From positions 1,792 to 65,791 of the forward strand of contig CAILQW010000012.1 in the NCBI GenBank assembly GCA_903836515.1: DNA of 64,000 nt, written 5' to 3'. Positions 63,621 to 64,000 of the stretch are shown piece after piece. The position numbers and the translations under genes were made by a program. Positions within the stretch are counted from its first letter, which is position 1; the number at the start of each line of letters is the position of its first letter. The notes under the pieces are model-generated. The model did not search any database, had not been told where the DNA came from, and worked only from the letters and a program-made list of their open reading frames with translations. The stretch comes from Candidatus Omnitrophota bacterium. GTDB taxonomy: Bacteria > Omnitrophota > Gorgyraeia > Zapsychrales > Fredricksoniimonadaceae.

Positions 63621-64000
63621 AAGTCACCTTGATCTCGATCTCCAGGACAAGAAGGCTTATCCCCTGAAAAGCCTCCTCAAAATGCCTGATTTTAACAGCA
63701 TCCTTGTGTGTTGTAACGACCTTGTTCAGTTTTTTTGAACGACAAAATCCGGCGATCCTGGCGATATCACCCCGCGTATACCCGTGATGGTCGTCAAAAG
63801 TGAACAGCCCCTCGACACGCGCGCCCTCGCGCGCCAAAAGCGCCTTGAAAGAACCCGGCGACCCCAGGGCACATACAGCCGCGACCCTGTCCTGGATCAG
63901 CGCCAGGCCGCGGTGACGGGTCCCGGCGAAAACGTCCATGACCCCGACAGGAACATGCACCGTCTCCACCACCGCAGAGGCGGGATTGAGCTTTTTTAAC
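63571..64000 (-). CDS. lpxK: Tetraacyldisaccharide 4'-kinase, C-terminal part (the gene continues past the window end)
   Basis: C-terminal LpxK-like sequence (FTFDDHHGYTRGDIARI...VVTTHKDAVK); next to lpxL. Confidence 0.65.
   Translation of the reverse strand, partial: LKKLNPASAVVETVHVPVGVMDVFAGTRHRGLALIQDRVAAVCALGSPGSFKALLAREGARVEGLFTFDDHHGYTRGDIARIAGFCRSKKLNKVVTTHKDAVKIRHFEEAFQGISLLVLEIEIKVTYGEDELLSRLARFGHP

Overview
This is a 64 kb, GC-rich (~60%) bacterial chromosomal segment, probably from a Gram-negative (LPS-making) organism, with almost every gene on the minus strand. The ORF track writes non-ATG starts as M, so several listed N-termini are alternative-frame artefacts and were trimmed to ATG starts with a ribosome-binding site (RBS). 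Going from high to low coordinates, the content is:
- a lipid A / Kdo / heptose LPS inner-core cluster (lpxK' partial, an LpxL-ELM1 fusion, a GT4-GT9 fusion, GT4, three GT9 heptosyltransferases, hldE kinase domain, kdsBADC, lptA-like, lptB);
- an accessory islet cut into that cluster: a LamG-like secreted protein, REP-like GC hairpins, a ParE/Phd TA module, msrB, a frameshifted msrA, and a RelE/AbrB TA module;
- housekeeping genes (tig, clpP, serC, serA, purA, an OmpA-like lipoprotein, uppS-cdsA-dxr-rseP, an orphan cpaF-like ATPase, proS, rimP-nusA-infB, trpS, scpA, ruvB, spoIID-like, an SNase-like nuclease);
- a dcm 3' remnant, small regulators, spoVG, amt-glnB behind a 600 bp structured leader, and the full F1Fo ATP synthase operon (atpBEFHAGDC);
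- a response regulator, rsmB-like, an APH-family kinase next to thiC, two small secreted proteins, a 2x ~148 bp tandem structured repeat, a long NMO/FabK-like hypothetical protein, and bioB-trxB-ubiE(menG)-menF'.
No rRNA, tRNA, CRISPR array or transposase/IS was seen. No single obvious novel 'system' stands out. The most unusual parts are the TA/Msr/LamG islet with REP-like hairpins and 24 bp flanking direct repeats, the 148 bp tandem structured repeat, the structured amtB leader, the spoVG terminator, and several fused or atypical proteins.
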